Source of the DNA: Octopus sinensis
Taxonomy: Eukaryota
DNA: 64,000 bases
Assembly (NCBI RefSeq): GCF_006345805.1
Contig: NC_043001.1
Location: 30,318,001-30,382,000, forward strand
Direction of reading: 5' to 3'
Of the stretch, positions 24,825 through 38,163 are shown piece after piece. The stretch's first letter is position 1. Each line of letters begins with the position of its first letter. The translations under genes were made by a program, and so were the position numbers. The notes under the pieces are model-generated. The model worked only from the letters and a program-made list of their open reading frames with translations, was not told the DNA's origin and did no database searches.

Positions 24825-26137
24825 TCCAAATTGTAGAATATTGTTTTACGGGTGGAATATCGAAAGCATTTAAATAATATTAACTTAAAACAACATCAGA
24901 AAAAAACTATAACAAAGTTGCTGGAAATTTTATGTAAGGAAACAGGGACTGCATGTTTCTTTTTTTTTTTAGGAAATGGCTTGTTTACACGGGTTAAGTC
25001 ACAGATACTTCAATACTGTTGACAATCAAAAACACAAGAGGAAGATAAAAATCAATCCTTGTAAGATATGAACACAGATCATAAAGGGACGTAACTAAAT
25101 ACTGCTACGCATTTGGTCCAGCACTCTCTACTACTGTGTTAATTTGTAACTTTAGCATGAATAATAATAATAATAATAATAATAACAATAAACTTAGAGC
25201 ATCAAAAATGAAAGCACATAACAATGAAAAAGAGTTAAGCTAACAAAGAGAAAGTTTCTATGAAGAGAAATTAACGAAACATAAAGTGCTGATAGTATTT
25301 GAAAAAACATAACGAAAACAAAGAAAATGTAAAAGATTACAAGATTACACTAGAACGATATGAGTGGAGCGCACTGAACAATTTTAAGTGTTAAATACAA
25401 TTAAACGATGCTTTAAAATAAGATTATGTTACACGAAAAAACATTTTCTTTTCTTCAACAAGAATCGACATGAATTTAGCAAAGTAGACGTTGGACAATG
25501 TGCTTATCACAAGTTAGTAGACAACTAGCAGATATTAGTTTTAACTCTATAGCTTCTCGTTTTTCCAAAAAAAAAACTTATACATAAATAGCAGCAAAAT
25601 GGGTAATGTTTATACATTAAAAGCAAAACATGCATTTTTACTCTTAATCGCTTGTAACCGAAAGATCTAGAATCGAAATGCATTCAGAATTTGAACGTTT
25701 TATACAAGTTCTGTCCGCGCATGTATCATCTCAATATATATTTTTCTTTTTCAAAAATTTGAGGGGAATTTAAAAGTCGTTATCATGACAAATAAGGTAA
25801 GATCCGGAACCCCCCATGTATTATGACAAATGCGTCTTTCTAAAATCCCCATAGTATAAATGTAAAAATCGATTGCAAAATAGAAATATAATATAAAACA
25901 AAAACCAATATAAAGAAAAACAGATTATTGCATATATAAAAGATTTACAATGTCTACATTAACATCTACTGTTTATTGTTTCTCTTTTACATAATTTCCA
26001 CCCGATTATGGTTATATACGCCATAATACATGGTTTCATAATTTCAACGACCATTGCACTAATCAAGTTTTGCAGTTACAAAATTAAGAACATCTACTGG
26101 TATAATTTGCAATAAAAACAGATTTTGAAATACATAC

Positions 26138-26242
26138 TTCTGGATCATCCCATTTCAATTCACTTCTCTTTTCAGTGGGCTGCAAATTTCGGTCCCTTCC
26201 CATTAATTCATCCAACAGAGCCGCCGCTGCATGGGCCGCCAT
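26138..26242 (-). CDS. LUC7L3: LUC7-like protein 3, coding exon 1 (MAAHAAAALLDELMGRDRNLQPTEKRSELKWDDPE)
   Basis: Translation matches the LUC7L3 N-terminus (LLDELMGRDRNL). ATG lies in an AAAATGGCGG context. Donor GAA|GTATGT. 105 nt. Confidence 0.95.
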
Positions 26243-26565
26243 TTTGGAAACAAATTAGGACAAGATGACGATGTTTTCTCCGATATTAGAATTTCTTTTT
26301 TATATTTCATCAGCAATAAAAAAAGTACCACATAATTACAATCGAATTTCCAAAATATGCTAAATACTTAAGTTACGATAAAATGATGTACATTTATTTT
26401 GAAAATGCGTAAATAACACGGTGATCGGGAACTTCCGTTACAAATCGGGCACGAGACAACACGCATGTCTCTTATTTGGATCGTGACGTCACGAAAGATC
26501 CACACGCGGTGTCCGTGCAGAGTTCAGCAAATTTTAGAGGAGACTTTTTAACAGAAAAAACACTT
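26243..26565. promoter_or_regulatory. Putative bidirectional promoter shared by LUC7L3 and eRF3
   Basis: 323 bp separate the divergent ATGs. YY1-type CCGCCATTTTG at 26236-26246, ETS-type ACTTCCG at 26431-26437, and a 14-bp palindrome TCGTGACGTCACGA with a CRE core at 26481-26494. Confidence 0.8.
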
Positions 26566-26770
26566 ATGGCCTCTGAAGATAACGATAACAGTGCCCCAGA
26601 CTCCTGGGAACAAAGTCTGAATGATTCTCCTGAAAACGAATCGAGTTTGGATGAATTAAATTCTACTTTATCTTACTTAAATGTTAATGCTGCAGAATTC
26701 GTTCCTGGTCAAAATGTACATGCTCCTGAATTCGTACCTTCGTTCATGAAAGATCCTGAAAGTCTACAAG
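26566..26770 (+). CDS. GSPT1: Eukaryotic peptide chain release factor GTP-binding subunit eRF3, exon 1 with tandem PAM2 motifs
   Basis: Reads MASEDNDNSAPDSWEQ...LNVNAAEFVPGQNVHAPEFVPSF. Donor AAG|GTAAAT. 205 nt. Confidence 0.92.
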
Positions 26771-29700
26771 GTAAATTAATGTACAAACCAAATAAATGAT
26801 AATAGTTTACATTATTGATTGTCGATATCCCAACATAGCTTGTCTATTATACATATTTTTTCCTGCTAAACGCTGCCTAAAAATACTGTTCTTCTGAAGA
26901 TTTACTAGCATTGCTATTCCCAGTAGCTTCAGCGAAACCGACATGCTGACCACATTTTAATTGACGTGGCCATAAATACGGGGCCCCATTTTAGTATTCT
27001 TTTGATATGAATATGAAACACCCACTTTGTGTTCAACTAGTATATTCTTGTAATCTGTTTTTGGGCACATTATAAAGATACCTAAACATTTATATGTATT
27101 CAGATACTTCTTTGCTAATACATTTAAATTTTATTTTTTTAAAGGCATCTGAACTGAACGGTTTTCTTTTTCGTTTCTTTTTTTAATGTCAAACTGCTAT
27201 TATTTTTAGTTAAGAAAAAGTAAGTCCACACACCCATTTGTTCACCGGTAATAAACGTCAGTTTAGTATATATTGATTCGTGAATAAATTTATGGCTTTC
27301 CCCTTTTTTTAAATATTTATATATATATATATCACATACATTGATGTATAGATAAACGAAGACCTAATGAATAGTATTCCCATAACCGTTTTAGAATGTG
27401 CCATAAGTGTTTTAATACTTGGTTTTGGATTAAAAGTAATTCCCCCCCCCCTCGAAAGGATATTAGCTACCCCCGTCCTTAGAACCTTTCATGATTGAAA
27501 TTCTTGAATTTCAGGTACATGTGTTGAAATGTAAGAATTTATACGCGATGTATTTTTTCTCCCCCCACAGATACTGTGAAATAGTTTCTGGATAACGCTA
27601 AGTAGATAGATACATTAATGCGTTACAGAAAATAAGCTCTTGGACTAGTTGACTCTGGGGAAAATTTTCAAACACGATTTTAATTCAACTATATTGTTTT
27701 ATATTTCGCCAAAGTATGGTGACCTAGCGCGATAATGAAAGACCACCTGACAATTCCTGAAGTGCTTTTGTTACTAAAGCATTTAAAAAAAATTTTTTAC
27801 AAACCCAAATGTAATTTAAAGAATTTAATCGTCGACAATTTAAGCAGAATAATTCCGAAGGGGGCAATTTTCAAATGTCTGAACTTGGGTTCTATAGATA
27901 TTAAAATTGTAATGATATCTCGTTTATATATATATATATATATATTATATATACATATATATATACGTGTAACTAAGAATAGTATGTTCAATTTGAAAAC
28001 CGTGGGTTTATTTTGTATTCCATAAGGTAGCCATTTGTATCCATATATTTCGATTTTCGTCTCTTTCCTTCTTACTAATAAATGACCATTTTTTAAGAAT
28101 TAAAACTGCAATCGCCACATTTTATTTAAAAAAATATTAGAAGTGAAGTAAATCACTTGAATTTATAGCTGTAGCAGAATGTTATGTATTATTTTTTTAG
28201 TGTGATAAATTATTTACATTGCTCCCATATTTAATATTGAAAAGTAATTTTTTATGCAGCCTGCAGCTTTTAATTATGTTGTTTGCATATATTAAATGTT
28301 AATGTTTCCTTTTTCCATGGTTTCCGCTGTCTCAACAAGTAAATTGTTTAACTTAAAAGTCAAAAAAATGTAATCTCATGAAGAAGCTACCATCTGGTCT
28401 CGTGTTATATTAGCCTTGCCGAAATATTCCCATCGTGCTTGTGGCAGCCTTTTTTATTCTCTCTCAGAATTAAATTTGATATATCAAGTTTTTGTAATAG
28501 ATTGTCGATTTTCATTTCTACATCATAAATCGTTTCAATATTTAAAACTCATCTTTTATTGTTTGAACGTTATTACAATACAGTTTTTTTTTTCGTCTGA
28601 TGGATGCATGTGTTATCAAGAAAGAAAAAAACATCTGGTGATAAATTCACCAATAAATTCAATATTAAATCGGATTTTAATATACTATTTCGACATGGCC
28701 TATCGACTCGCATTAGATTTTTAAAAAATATTCCCTTAGTTGGGCCGCCAAAAAAAAATAACCGTGGGATGGGGGGGAGGCTTTTACGCGGTCGTTCGAC
28801 CTGCTAGAAATAGCAGTCATATTTCCTTCAAAACACGCCCTGTCCTTTTAAAAAGGGGACACAGACGTGTATCTAAAAGAATCTAATCCCAGATATATCC
28901 TAAACAAAGATGGGATGGTCGCAGCGTGAACGCTTCGTGTCTGCTCAGTCAGGGCTAACCTCGGGTTAAAAACATCTGAATTTTCTGCACCGTATATGAA
29001 ACTACGGTTGCAAGAACCCAAAATTAGATGCTTTTCGCAGTACATCTGTCGAATTATTAATGTTTCAGCTACTATCCTGTAATGTCTTAATTGTTCTTTC
29101 TAAATTATATTACTGGGCAATGCCTATTACTGAGATTGCTGTTGTTGACTCAGTTTTTTACCAGTCAGCCATTTTCACCTGTAAAACGCCAATAAGCAAG
29201 TGTCCACTCGTGTTAAATTGGAAGATGATAAATACCTCGGATATCTGCACATATCCAGTACCAGTATATTCGGTATCCTTATCTGTTCAACCGTTTTGCT
29301 ATCTTAAATGCGATACTACAATATCTTTTGATTTGATTTGATTTTTACATTTTATGAATGTGTTCCCAAGAACTTGAATTCCCATTTTAAAATGTTGAGC
29401 TTAATAACCCTTTACACTCGTATCTTTAAAATATTCCGATTAATGTTGGACTTCTGACCTGTTCTAATAAAGGAAGGGGAACTGGGTTTCAACCGGTTTC
29501 TTACTTGTCGCTCGCTTATTCTGAGATTGAAATATTTCAAGATGGTAATTCTTTCTGAGGTGTCATCTGTTCGTTTAATTTCATGTGTAATATGACTTTC
29601 TTGTAAACACGTTCTTTTCTGTTATTTTCATTGATATAATAGTGAAGAATGTAACAGTTTACCCATTTTCGTAGACACGAAATAACATTCAAAGTAATGT

Positions 29701-30622
29701 TTATAGCCCTAAGCTAGAACACTAGAGTTACAACTGGTCTAATCGGTCGAGTACCGGATTATCAATCTGTTTCTTTCTCATCACTGCTACGTGTTCGTTG
29801 CCTATACATTGTCAGTATTCCAGCTTACTTAGCCTCAAATAGGTGCCAGTTAGAATAGCAATAGATGCACACAATAAAATTTACTGGTATTTCGTTAGTT
29901 TACTGAACTACAATGTAACAAAGAGAGGAATGAACTGCTCTGTAAAGTTATGTGATCCCGAGTTACAATATAACGGCAAGGTCTTTAGTTGTGTCCCAAG
30001 CAAGGTTTTTAGTGAGTTGTCATACTGTACTCCCATACAATTCGTCCCAGCAGGTATGAGTGTGCAGTAAGGTTCTCAGGCGAAGGTATTGCATAACTGA
30101 AATATATCTGTAGATTGCATTTAGTCATTCAGTCGACTATTTGCATGGAATGGGATTGCTTGATCAGATCTCATTTAGGGGGTTAGATTCCAATAGATAT
30201 AACATTATCATTGCTATAAATACTGTATATATACTATAAATACGGTGGTGGGAAGTTTGTTTCCCAAACACGTGGCTTTTTGGTTCAATCCCAATTTGTG
30301 GTACCTTAAGCAAGTGCCTTCTATATTCTTAGGCCAACCAAATCCTTGTGAGTGGATATGGTAGGCAAAAACTGGTGGAAACCTGTTGTATATGTGTGTG
30401 TCTGTCTGCTTCCATTTAACATAATAGTTGTGAATGAATTCTATTGTCAAGCAAGCAGTGCCGTTTGTTTCCAATATTCTGTGGAAACCTGCTTGACCAT
30501 GAAGTAATATTTCTCTACATGGAAACGGGTAAGGAATGGTAATAAAAGGGCATCCAGTTGTAGGAAAGCTGCTTCAAATTCCATCTGACACATAGAAAAG
30601 GGGACATTGAAATGATAATATA

Positions 30623-30759
30623 AGGTTGTCCCAAAAGTTCGTAGAAAGTCTTGGAAAATAATGGTCTTTATTTTGAGGAATAATTTTTGTTGTTTTTGTT
30701 AGTACTTGGCGAGTAAAAATTCAATTTTCACAAGTGTTTACGAACTTTTGGGACAACCT
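30623..30759. mobile_element. Tc1/mariner-type MITE
   Basis: Perfect 21-bp TIR aggttgtcccaaaagttcgta / tacgaacttttgggacaacct. Confidence 0.8.
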
Positions 30760-31375
30760 AATACTTATAGTCTTTTGATCATCTGGTAGTTTCTGCTGAG
30801 ATTGGAGATGAGGAAAATTACATATTGCAGAGCATATGAATTCACTCTGTATCGTAAAACATTTCTAACCTTGCTATTTGAAACCCAATTTGTAGTTGTA
30901 GTCCCTAAATTCAAGTCTAACAAACTGGTCATCAGAATTTCAACTTAGTTTAGTTTTATTAAGCTTTGGTGTTGTTTATGCTTTTTTTTTTATACTGTCT
31001 ACATGAACTGATAAATACTAACTTGCATTGCTGTGTTATAATTTCTAACCTAAGTATAAAGACAAAATTTTGGAGGAGTACAGTTGATTACATCAACCTT
31101 AGTACTTAACTGTTAACCTATTAATACTCAGAAGATGAAAGGCAAAGTTTACCTTTACAGGTTTTGAACATATAAAAGGCTAGAACAAATATTGCAAGGC
31201 ATTTTGTCTGATGCTCTCTTGATTCTCTAATCCATTGCCCTAACATTACTGTGTTATAAAGGTTTGTAGACATAAATATGCCACCAAGTTTTTTTTTATC
31301 TTTTAAATTTGAACTGTTTTAATTCAACCATCAGCTATGCCAAATTTTAATTTTGATAACTTTTGTCATTCATAG

Positions 31376-31402
31376 ATGATGAAATGGATGACAGCAATGT
31401 TG
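31376..31402 (+). CDS. GSPT1: eRF3 27-nt microexon (DDEMDDSNV)
   Basis: Pyrimidine tract plus catag acceptor, TTG|GTAAGT donor. Phase 1-1 and in frame. Acidic like the neighbouring linker. Confidence 0.7.
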
Positions 31403-32606
31403 GTAAGTTTTTTGGGTTTTTTTTCTCTCCTTAAAATATTTGTCGTTTCAAAGACGAAACTTCTTAATTCTAATCAAATTATTCATTTTGGTAATTCAGT
31501 AAATTGGGTGAAATTGATGTAAAGTTTATTTTAGATAGTGTATTGCAACATCACATTAATGAATAGCATTTTTGATATAAACAATGCTAAATATACTTTT
31601 TGTATCTTTATCCATTTATATGCATGTAAACGCATAATTGGATCCTGAAGTAGTGATTATCTTTTTCCAGATTGCTCAGTTTTGAAGCATGAGTAAAAAG
31701 AAAACAACAGTTTGTCTATATATAAAAAAATTAACATCTTGTTTAGTATTGATTGATGGAAAATCTATTACTTTAAAGTTAGAATTCAAATCTTAATGCT
31801 TGTGAAACATGGGCAATAAATACTTAATATAAAGAGGATAAAGTTTGGTTTAATTGCAAATTCTGCAAACTAGAAAATAGGCTGAATGCTAGAGAACTAT
31901 GTATAGGTACAATATAAATACAAATGACTGAGCTGGAGGTATGAATAAAATAGTGAATACCAAGAAAATTTAAGACAGGTTTTAACCAGCACTAGTCAAC
32001 TCTAACAACTTTTTATGCATCTTCATTCATTGACGTGATTCATCTTTGCACAAGATGATACTTTTGGTAAGTGTATGAATGACTAACCTTTTCAGATAAT
32101 TGCCAAATGCATGACTTTGGAGAGTGGGGATAGTAGGACAGGACCCATGCCCTCAAGGCCCCTGAAGCTGATAAGCAGAAGCTATTTTCTGACTGGAGAC
32201 TTGGGCTTGAATGCTTAGTGCAGAGTGCACTCCACAATTGTACCCAATGGTCAAATGGTAAGGTTTAGTGGCCAATGGGTTAAATCTATTGGAAGATAGA
32301 TGGTTTATTGCTAAAAAATGTCTTGGGAAGTTGGAAGGTGAAATTCAAATTATTTTGAATCCATGTCTTACCTATTTCACTTAAGGGTTCTAACTTTCAT
32401 TCATTTGTGAATTACTTGCTTGTCTAAATTTTATATTCAATTGGGTTATTTTAAGATTGCAAATAAAAATTTTGTCTGTGGGATTCCAGGCTTGGTTTTA
32501 CTTTCTATCATTTGTATTAGGAACAGACAGTGATAAAACCATTTTGTATAACCATTTCATTTTAATTCTGGATTTAAGGTGAAAGGGTTGAAAACATTTT
32601 AAATCC

Positions 32607-32930
32607 TCATCATTATTAGCTTTAAACATTTATTTTCAATACTGGCAGGGGTTAGATGGTTTGTCAAGATCTGACAAGTTGAGGAAGGCGAGGCATATGA
32701 ATTCATTTTGTATAAAAAAAAAATTTTTTTTAATTCTGATCTTACTATCTAAAAACAAGCTTGTAGTGATGGTCCCTGGATTCAGGTCTAACAAAGGATT
32801 GTTAGAATTTCACCATAATTGTGCTCCAATGTCTACTTTGGCATGGTTTTTGTGGCTGGATGACCTTCCTAATGCCCGCCATTTTATATAGTATACTGGG
32901 TCTTTGATCATGGCAGCACTAATGAAGTTG
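32607..32930 (-). repeat. Diverged, interrupted (GAT)n-tailed repeat
   Basis: Contains ggcatggtttttgtggctggatgaccttcctaatgcc. Confidence 0.6.
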
Positions 32931-33205
32931 CCAGTTTGGCTGAGCTACAAAGTTTGGAAAGTTAAGTTAGTTTTCTGTTTCCTTCCTCTTATTAATAAAT
33001 AAAGTTAGCTCGTCTATTGTTAACTCAAAATGAGTAATTGCTTCTGCTATCATTTCTAGAGCACAAATTGAAACAAAAGTTGTAACGCATATGCCACTTT
33101 ATAGTATTTAATTTGATTTGGAATTTATGTTTTTAATTTAGATTATCTAAAAATGTTGCTTAATTTCTTCCATTTTGTATAATTTTTTGTTAAATATCTT
33201 TTAAG

Positions 33206-33379
33206 CTGATGACTGGGCTGACAATGTTGAAGATGAAGAGGAAGAAGAAAAGTCAAACAATGCTGTTGAAACAATGGAAGTTGAAAATGTTACCATTAAA
33301 CCAAAACGGAAAAACAAAGATATAGCAGCACCAAGTGTCAAGAAAGAACATGTAAATGTTATTTTTATAGGTCATGTAG
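33206..33379 (+). CDS. GSPT1: eRF3 exon 3 (DDWADNVEDEEEEEK...KKEHVNVIFIGHV)
   Basis: Start of the G1 motif. AG/GTAAGT boundaries, 174 nt. Confidence 0.93.
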
Positions 33380-33999
33380 GTAAGTATTATAAAATGTTGT
33401 ATAACTGATCGAATTTAAGTATATTGCAATTTTTCTCAAGTAATACTTTGAGAACCTCTCACTCTTGCTACACATATATAGTCTGTGTGTAGATGCAGGC
33501 ATGGCTGCATGGATAAGGAGTTCTTTTTGTTAACACATAGTCAAGAGTTCTGTTGCACTAAATGGCACCTTGGGTGTCTTCTACTTCAAATTCAGGTTGG
33601 CAGGAGCCTTGTAACTGAAATTATTAGACGGAGACTGGACAGAAGCCTGCTGTATGTGTGTGTGAGAGAGGGGATTTTTACATTCCATGTCCTTGAATGA
33701 AAAGTGTTGATCAAAATGTGACATTTGTCATTCCTTATTAATACATTGTCCTCAAATGGAGTAAAAAGAAAATACATTGCTTGGGTGTAAAATAGGTAAT
33801 GAGTAGGATCAGAAGAGATATCTAGCTTGTAAAACAGCATCTGGGTACATATTCAACTAATTCATGCTAGCATAGAATAGTGGTAATAAAATTAACTATG
33901 TGTGTGTTCTTTCTCTTCTTACTGGGGTAACCAAGTATCTCCTCTATAGTAAGACATTTATCTCTATCCTTCTGTTATGCTTCAACCAGCATGAAGCCA

Positions 34000-34247
34000 C
34001 CTCCCTCAGTACCACTCCCTCTCCTGAGGAGTCTTTGTCTTGCAAGTTACTTGGTGGCCGTGCTGGTGCCATGTAAAAAAAAAAATACTCAATCCACTCT
34101 GTAAAGTGGTTGGCATTAGGAAGGGCATCCAGCTGAAGGAACATTTTCAGAGCAGACAGTAGTGCCTGGTGTGGTTCTCTGGCTTGCGAGTTTCTATGAA
34201 ACCATCCAGCTATTGCCAGCATGGAAAGTGAATGTTAACTGATGATG
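34000..34247 (+). repeat. (GAT)n-tailed repeat
   Basis: Contains gtggttggcattaggaagggcatccagctg. Confidence 0.75.
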
Positions 34248-34962
34248 GTATATATACATACACAAACACATTCATACATGCAGCGATATGTGTACACATA
34301 GTAAACTTAACAAACATGAGATTATAAATGCTTTTGTAATAAGATGGGGTTGATTTGTACAAGCCCTAATACTTTTAATTATAGGCTCAGTTGACTTTTT
34401 AGTAAGGATTAAAGTAAACATGCTAAATATACCTCATTTTTATATTTGGCTTGCAAGATTCTTGATGTGAACTTCTGTTGAAACAGATTTTGATGTATCT
34501 CAGTTCATTATGCTAGTAATACACACACACACTTAGTAAATTGGTTAAGTGATTAACCAATATTTGTTGGCATAATGACTCTACTGAGATACAAGTAAAT
34601 ATATCTGTTAGCCAAGATATACAGTATTCTTGATACAATAGCATGATTTGTGCTGTAAAGGATGTTTGGTAAAATGTATTGCATAAATTACCAATTATAA
34701 TTTGATCGTTAAATTTGAATGTTTTGGGGATGGGTTATATTATTATCATGGAAAAATAAGATTTGGGATTTTAAGTAATATGTAAAGAAATGTTGCCATA
34801 TATTTCATTGTTTTTATTTAATTTAGCACCTGTAGCTTGTTTAATGCAATGAATATTGTTAGTATAGATTACTAACAAGTTTTGTATTGCTATCATTTTA
34901 ATCTCATTAAATTTGTTACTATAACCATGAGTAATTTTTTTTTCCTTCATTTCATCTTTTAG

Positions 34963-34996
34963 ATGCTGGAAAATCCACGATTGGTGGTCATATAAT
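34963..34996 (+). CDS. GSPT1: eRF3 exon 4 (DAGKSTIGGHI)
   Basis: Completes the P-loop GHVDAGKS. 34 nt, AG/GT. Confidence 0.95.
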
Positions 34997-35536
34997 GTAA
35001 GATTTATTTTTATCTTGTTTTCATTGCTGAAAATATAATTTTTATGATATTAGGTATATCTGTATTCATATTAGCAGTTTGGCATTCTCAACAGATTTTA
35101 CTATTTCTAGTTATGTAAATTTATTGGTGAATGGCTTCATAAATGAAGTTAATTTTTAATATTATTTTTAAAAAACTGATTTGTAAGCTAAATTAACTTT
35201 GACTTTTTTTATATAAATTGAATAGTACTGCAGTGACATTGAAGAATTTGAGCTTCAGTTGTAAAGGAATGAGAATGAATGTTGGTATTTATTGTTCAGA
35301 ATGACTGAAAATTGAAATTCATGATAAGATGGCTTGGATATAAATGTCAGATATTGTGTCTTCCAACTACTCAGAATTTCTACCTCCTGTGTTTATAATT
35401 ATTTTTTATTTTAAACATCAAAATAGCCTCTTTTTTTTATCATAGTTTCTGTTTAAGTGGGTCTAATTGAGAGTAATTGAAAACAATATTTTCTGTATTC
35501 TTTATTTACAAGACAATTATAATTTATACTACACAG

Positions 35537-35614
35537 GTATTTGACTGGCATGGTGGACAAAAGAACTCTTGAAAAATATGAAAAAGAAGCTAAAGAAAAG
35601 AATAGAGAAACATG
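35537..35614 (+). CDS. GSPT1: eRF3 exon 5 (YLTGMVDKRTLEKYEKEAKEKNRET)
   Basis: Conserved eRF3 sequence. 78 nt, AG/GTTAGT. Confidence 0.95.
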
Positions 35615-36084
35615 GTTAGTTATTTCCTTATTTTTATTATTTGTAATGATAAACCGCTATAGTAAAAGGTAAAGACCCCCTTCGGTCAAGAAGGGGCGCC
35701 ACCAATTTTGTCAAAGAAAAGGCAAAGGTTGAGAAAGCTTGGCACCAGTGATGTCTTGACTTATTTCTACAGTAGAGTGAACTGGAACAACATCAAATGA
35801 GTGTCTTGCTCAAGAACACAACACTTAGTCCAGTCCTGGAATCAACCTCATAATTGTAAATCTGACTCTAACCACTAAGTCATGCACATTCACACAGCCA
35901 TTCTATGATGATAATGTATATTGCATAGCCGCTATGACTGAAACAAGTAAAAGAATACACCATTTATATGAAAAGTGCTTTGATTACAATCAGTGTGCAC
36001 ATACTAAAACAGATGAATACGCAGTCTCATAGACACATATGTATGGGCAGGTTTCTTTCAGTTTCTGCCAAATTTTACTCAATG

Positions 36085-36302
36085 AAGACCTATCAAGCCA
36101 AGTGAAATCAGTCCTAACAGATACTAATGTCTTACAACTAGCACATAAAGGTGCCCATTACACTTGGTGTTGTTGGCATTAGGAAGGGCATTCAACCATA
36201 GAAACCATGCCAAATCAGGCTGGCATGTGGTGCAACCCCTCAGCTTGCCGGCCTTGATCAAATTGTCCAAACCATGCCAATATGGACAACATTCAATGAT
36301 GT
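36085..36302 (+). repeat. Diverged (GAT)n-tailed repeat
   Basis: Contains ttggcattaggaagggcattcaacc. Confidence 0.65.
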
Positions 36303-36395
36303 TGTAGAGGGCACCAACCAATATCACCCACACAGTGGGGCTGATCTAAACATGATTTCAAAGCAAGCTTCTTAGCTACACAGTCATGCATGCAC

Positions 36396-36894
36396 TTAAG
36401 CCTTTAGTGTTTAGATTAAATGTAATGCTTATCTATTCACATTGTTTTGAGTTAATCATGAATTATCTTATAGCTTCAAGATTCTAATAATGCAGTAGTT
36501 TATTTTTCGAAGTGGAGGTGTGCAGGGCCAGAGTTGGCCAATTTGAACATAAAGCAGATTGAACATTTTGGGCTGGATATGGCTGCTTTAAATGCTAAAG
36601 GATTAAATTTATAACTCTTTTTTAAATCTAAATGGCTTCTTAATGGTAACCTATTTAAATAGAACAAGTTTATTATTAATCCTTTAGTATTCAGATTATT
36701 CTGGCAAAAATGATGCTTGTATATTTATATTGTACTGAATTAATCATCCATCCATCACCTTGTAGTTTAAAGATTTCAGTTATGTGATTGTTTAGTTTTA
36801 AAATGACATCATAGGGTAGGTGTGAGAGGCCTGATCTCCGTTTCAATATAAAACTGGGAGAATATTTTGGCCGGTTTGAATGCTTAAGGGTTAA
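36396..36894. mobile_element. Two adjacent piggyBac-type MITE copies (~36400-36602 and ~36680-36890)
   Basis: cctttagt... starts and aatgctaaagg/aatgcttaagggttaa ends. Internal sequence is shared with the 20584 copy. Confidence 0.7.
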
Positions 36895-37737
36895 AGAACC
36901 TTTTTGAAGCTTGACTCAGTTCAGTAATACCGTCATCCAGCAATATTCAGTGTTTAGATTGGATTTTGTAAAGTAATATCTTTTATAGAAAAGATCTTGT
37001 ACCCTTCGTTATGGTTAAACGGAGCAGATCAAAAATGACTTAGGTCAAAAGTTGGCAAAATAATCATTCGATGTAGTTATTATAATTGAAGTGTATGCTT
37101 TATGAAAGACATTTGGTAGGGACATGATGCCTAGGTAGGCAATGCCTACCTTGAATAAAATAGATCAATAGCAACATTTTCCTTTTATGGCAAAATATGC
37201 ACCTAATTCAATAAAATTATGACGGTTACTCTGATTACTGTGCATAAAGTGCAAAATATTTTATTTTTTTGTAGATTAGGTAGGCATGATTCACCCCAGC
37301 TTTTCAATCTCAGTATTTAAGCTATGCATAGTACTGCTGTAGTACATGTGCTGAGTACACTCCTACAACATAGTTTTCTTTGTACTGTAAATCTGCCTTC
37401 AACTCAGTTGCGCACCTGTGTTTTGTTTATTTTTTGTGTTTTACTACATAAAGGTCACCCACCAACACCTACCTTGAATAATTACTGACATGAGTTACAT
37501 ATTTCTAAAATGTCTTGTGTAAGCACTTAATTTTGAAATAATTGTTATAAAATTTTATAATTTAATTAAACGAACACATGTGAAATATCCCCCCCCCACA
37601 CACACACTTCCATAGATTTTGTTTCTAGGCTATACAGGAACCATATCCTTTCTGTGAAATATATTGGTTTTTGTTTGTAGTTACAACCAAACTAACTAAG
37701 CAAAATATTACTGTTTTGTGTTTTTCTTTTTTCAAAG

Positions 37738-37918
37738 GTATTTATCCTGGGCTTTGGATACAAATTTAGAGGAGCGTGAAAAGGGGAAAACTGTGGAAGT
37801 TGGACGAGCATATTTTGAGACTGAAAAAAAACATTTTACCATTTTAGATGCTCCAGGTCATAAAAGCTTTGTACCAAATATGATTGGTGGTGCTGCGCAA
37901 GCTGATATGGCTATTCTT
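37738..37918 (+). CDS. GSPT1: eRF3 exon 6 ([60 protein letters not shown])
   Basis: G2 and G3 motifs. 181 nt, AG/GTGAGT. Confidence 0.97.
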
Positions 37919-38008
37919 GTGAGTCTCTCTTTACTTTTTTCTCTTTCTTCTCTCTTTCTCTCTCTCACATAACATTTTGTGATATTTTATTTTATTTTCA
38001 TCTTTTAG

Positions 38009-38163
38009 GTGATTTCTGCCAGAAAGGGTGAATTTGAAACTGGATTTGAAAGGGGTGGACAAACAAGAGAACATGCAATGTTAGCTAAGACGGCTGGTGT
38101 GAAACATTTAGTTGTTCTCATAAATAAAATGGATGACCCAACAGTGGAATGGTCAGAAAAACG
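38009..38163 (+). CDS. GSPT1: eRF3 exon 7 (VISARKGEFETGFERGGQTREHAMLAKTAGVKHLVVLINKMDDPTVEWSEK)
   Basis: G4 motif NKMD. 155 nt. Confidence 0.97.

Noticed and set aside
26476-26565. Upstream in-frame TTG start extending eRF3
   Set aside because: An artefact of the ORF caller allowing alternative starts. The region overlaps promoter motifs, and the ATG at 26566 gives a normal N-terminus.
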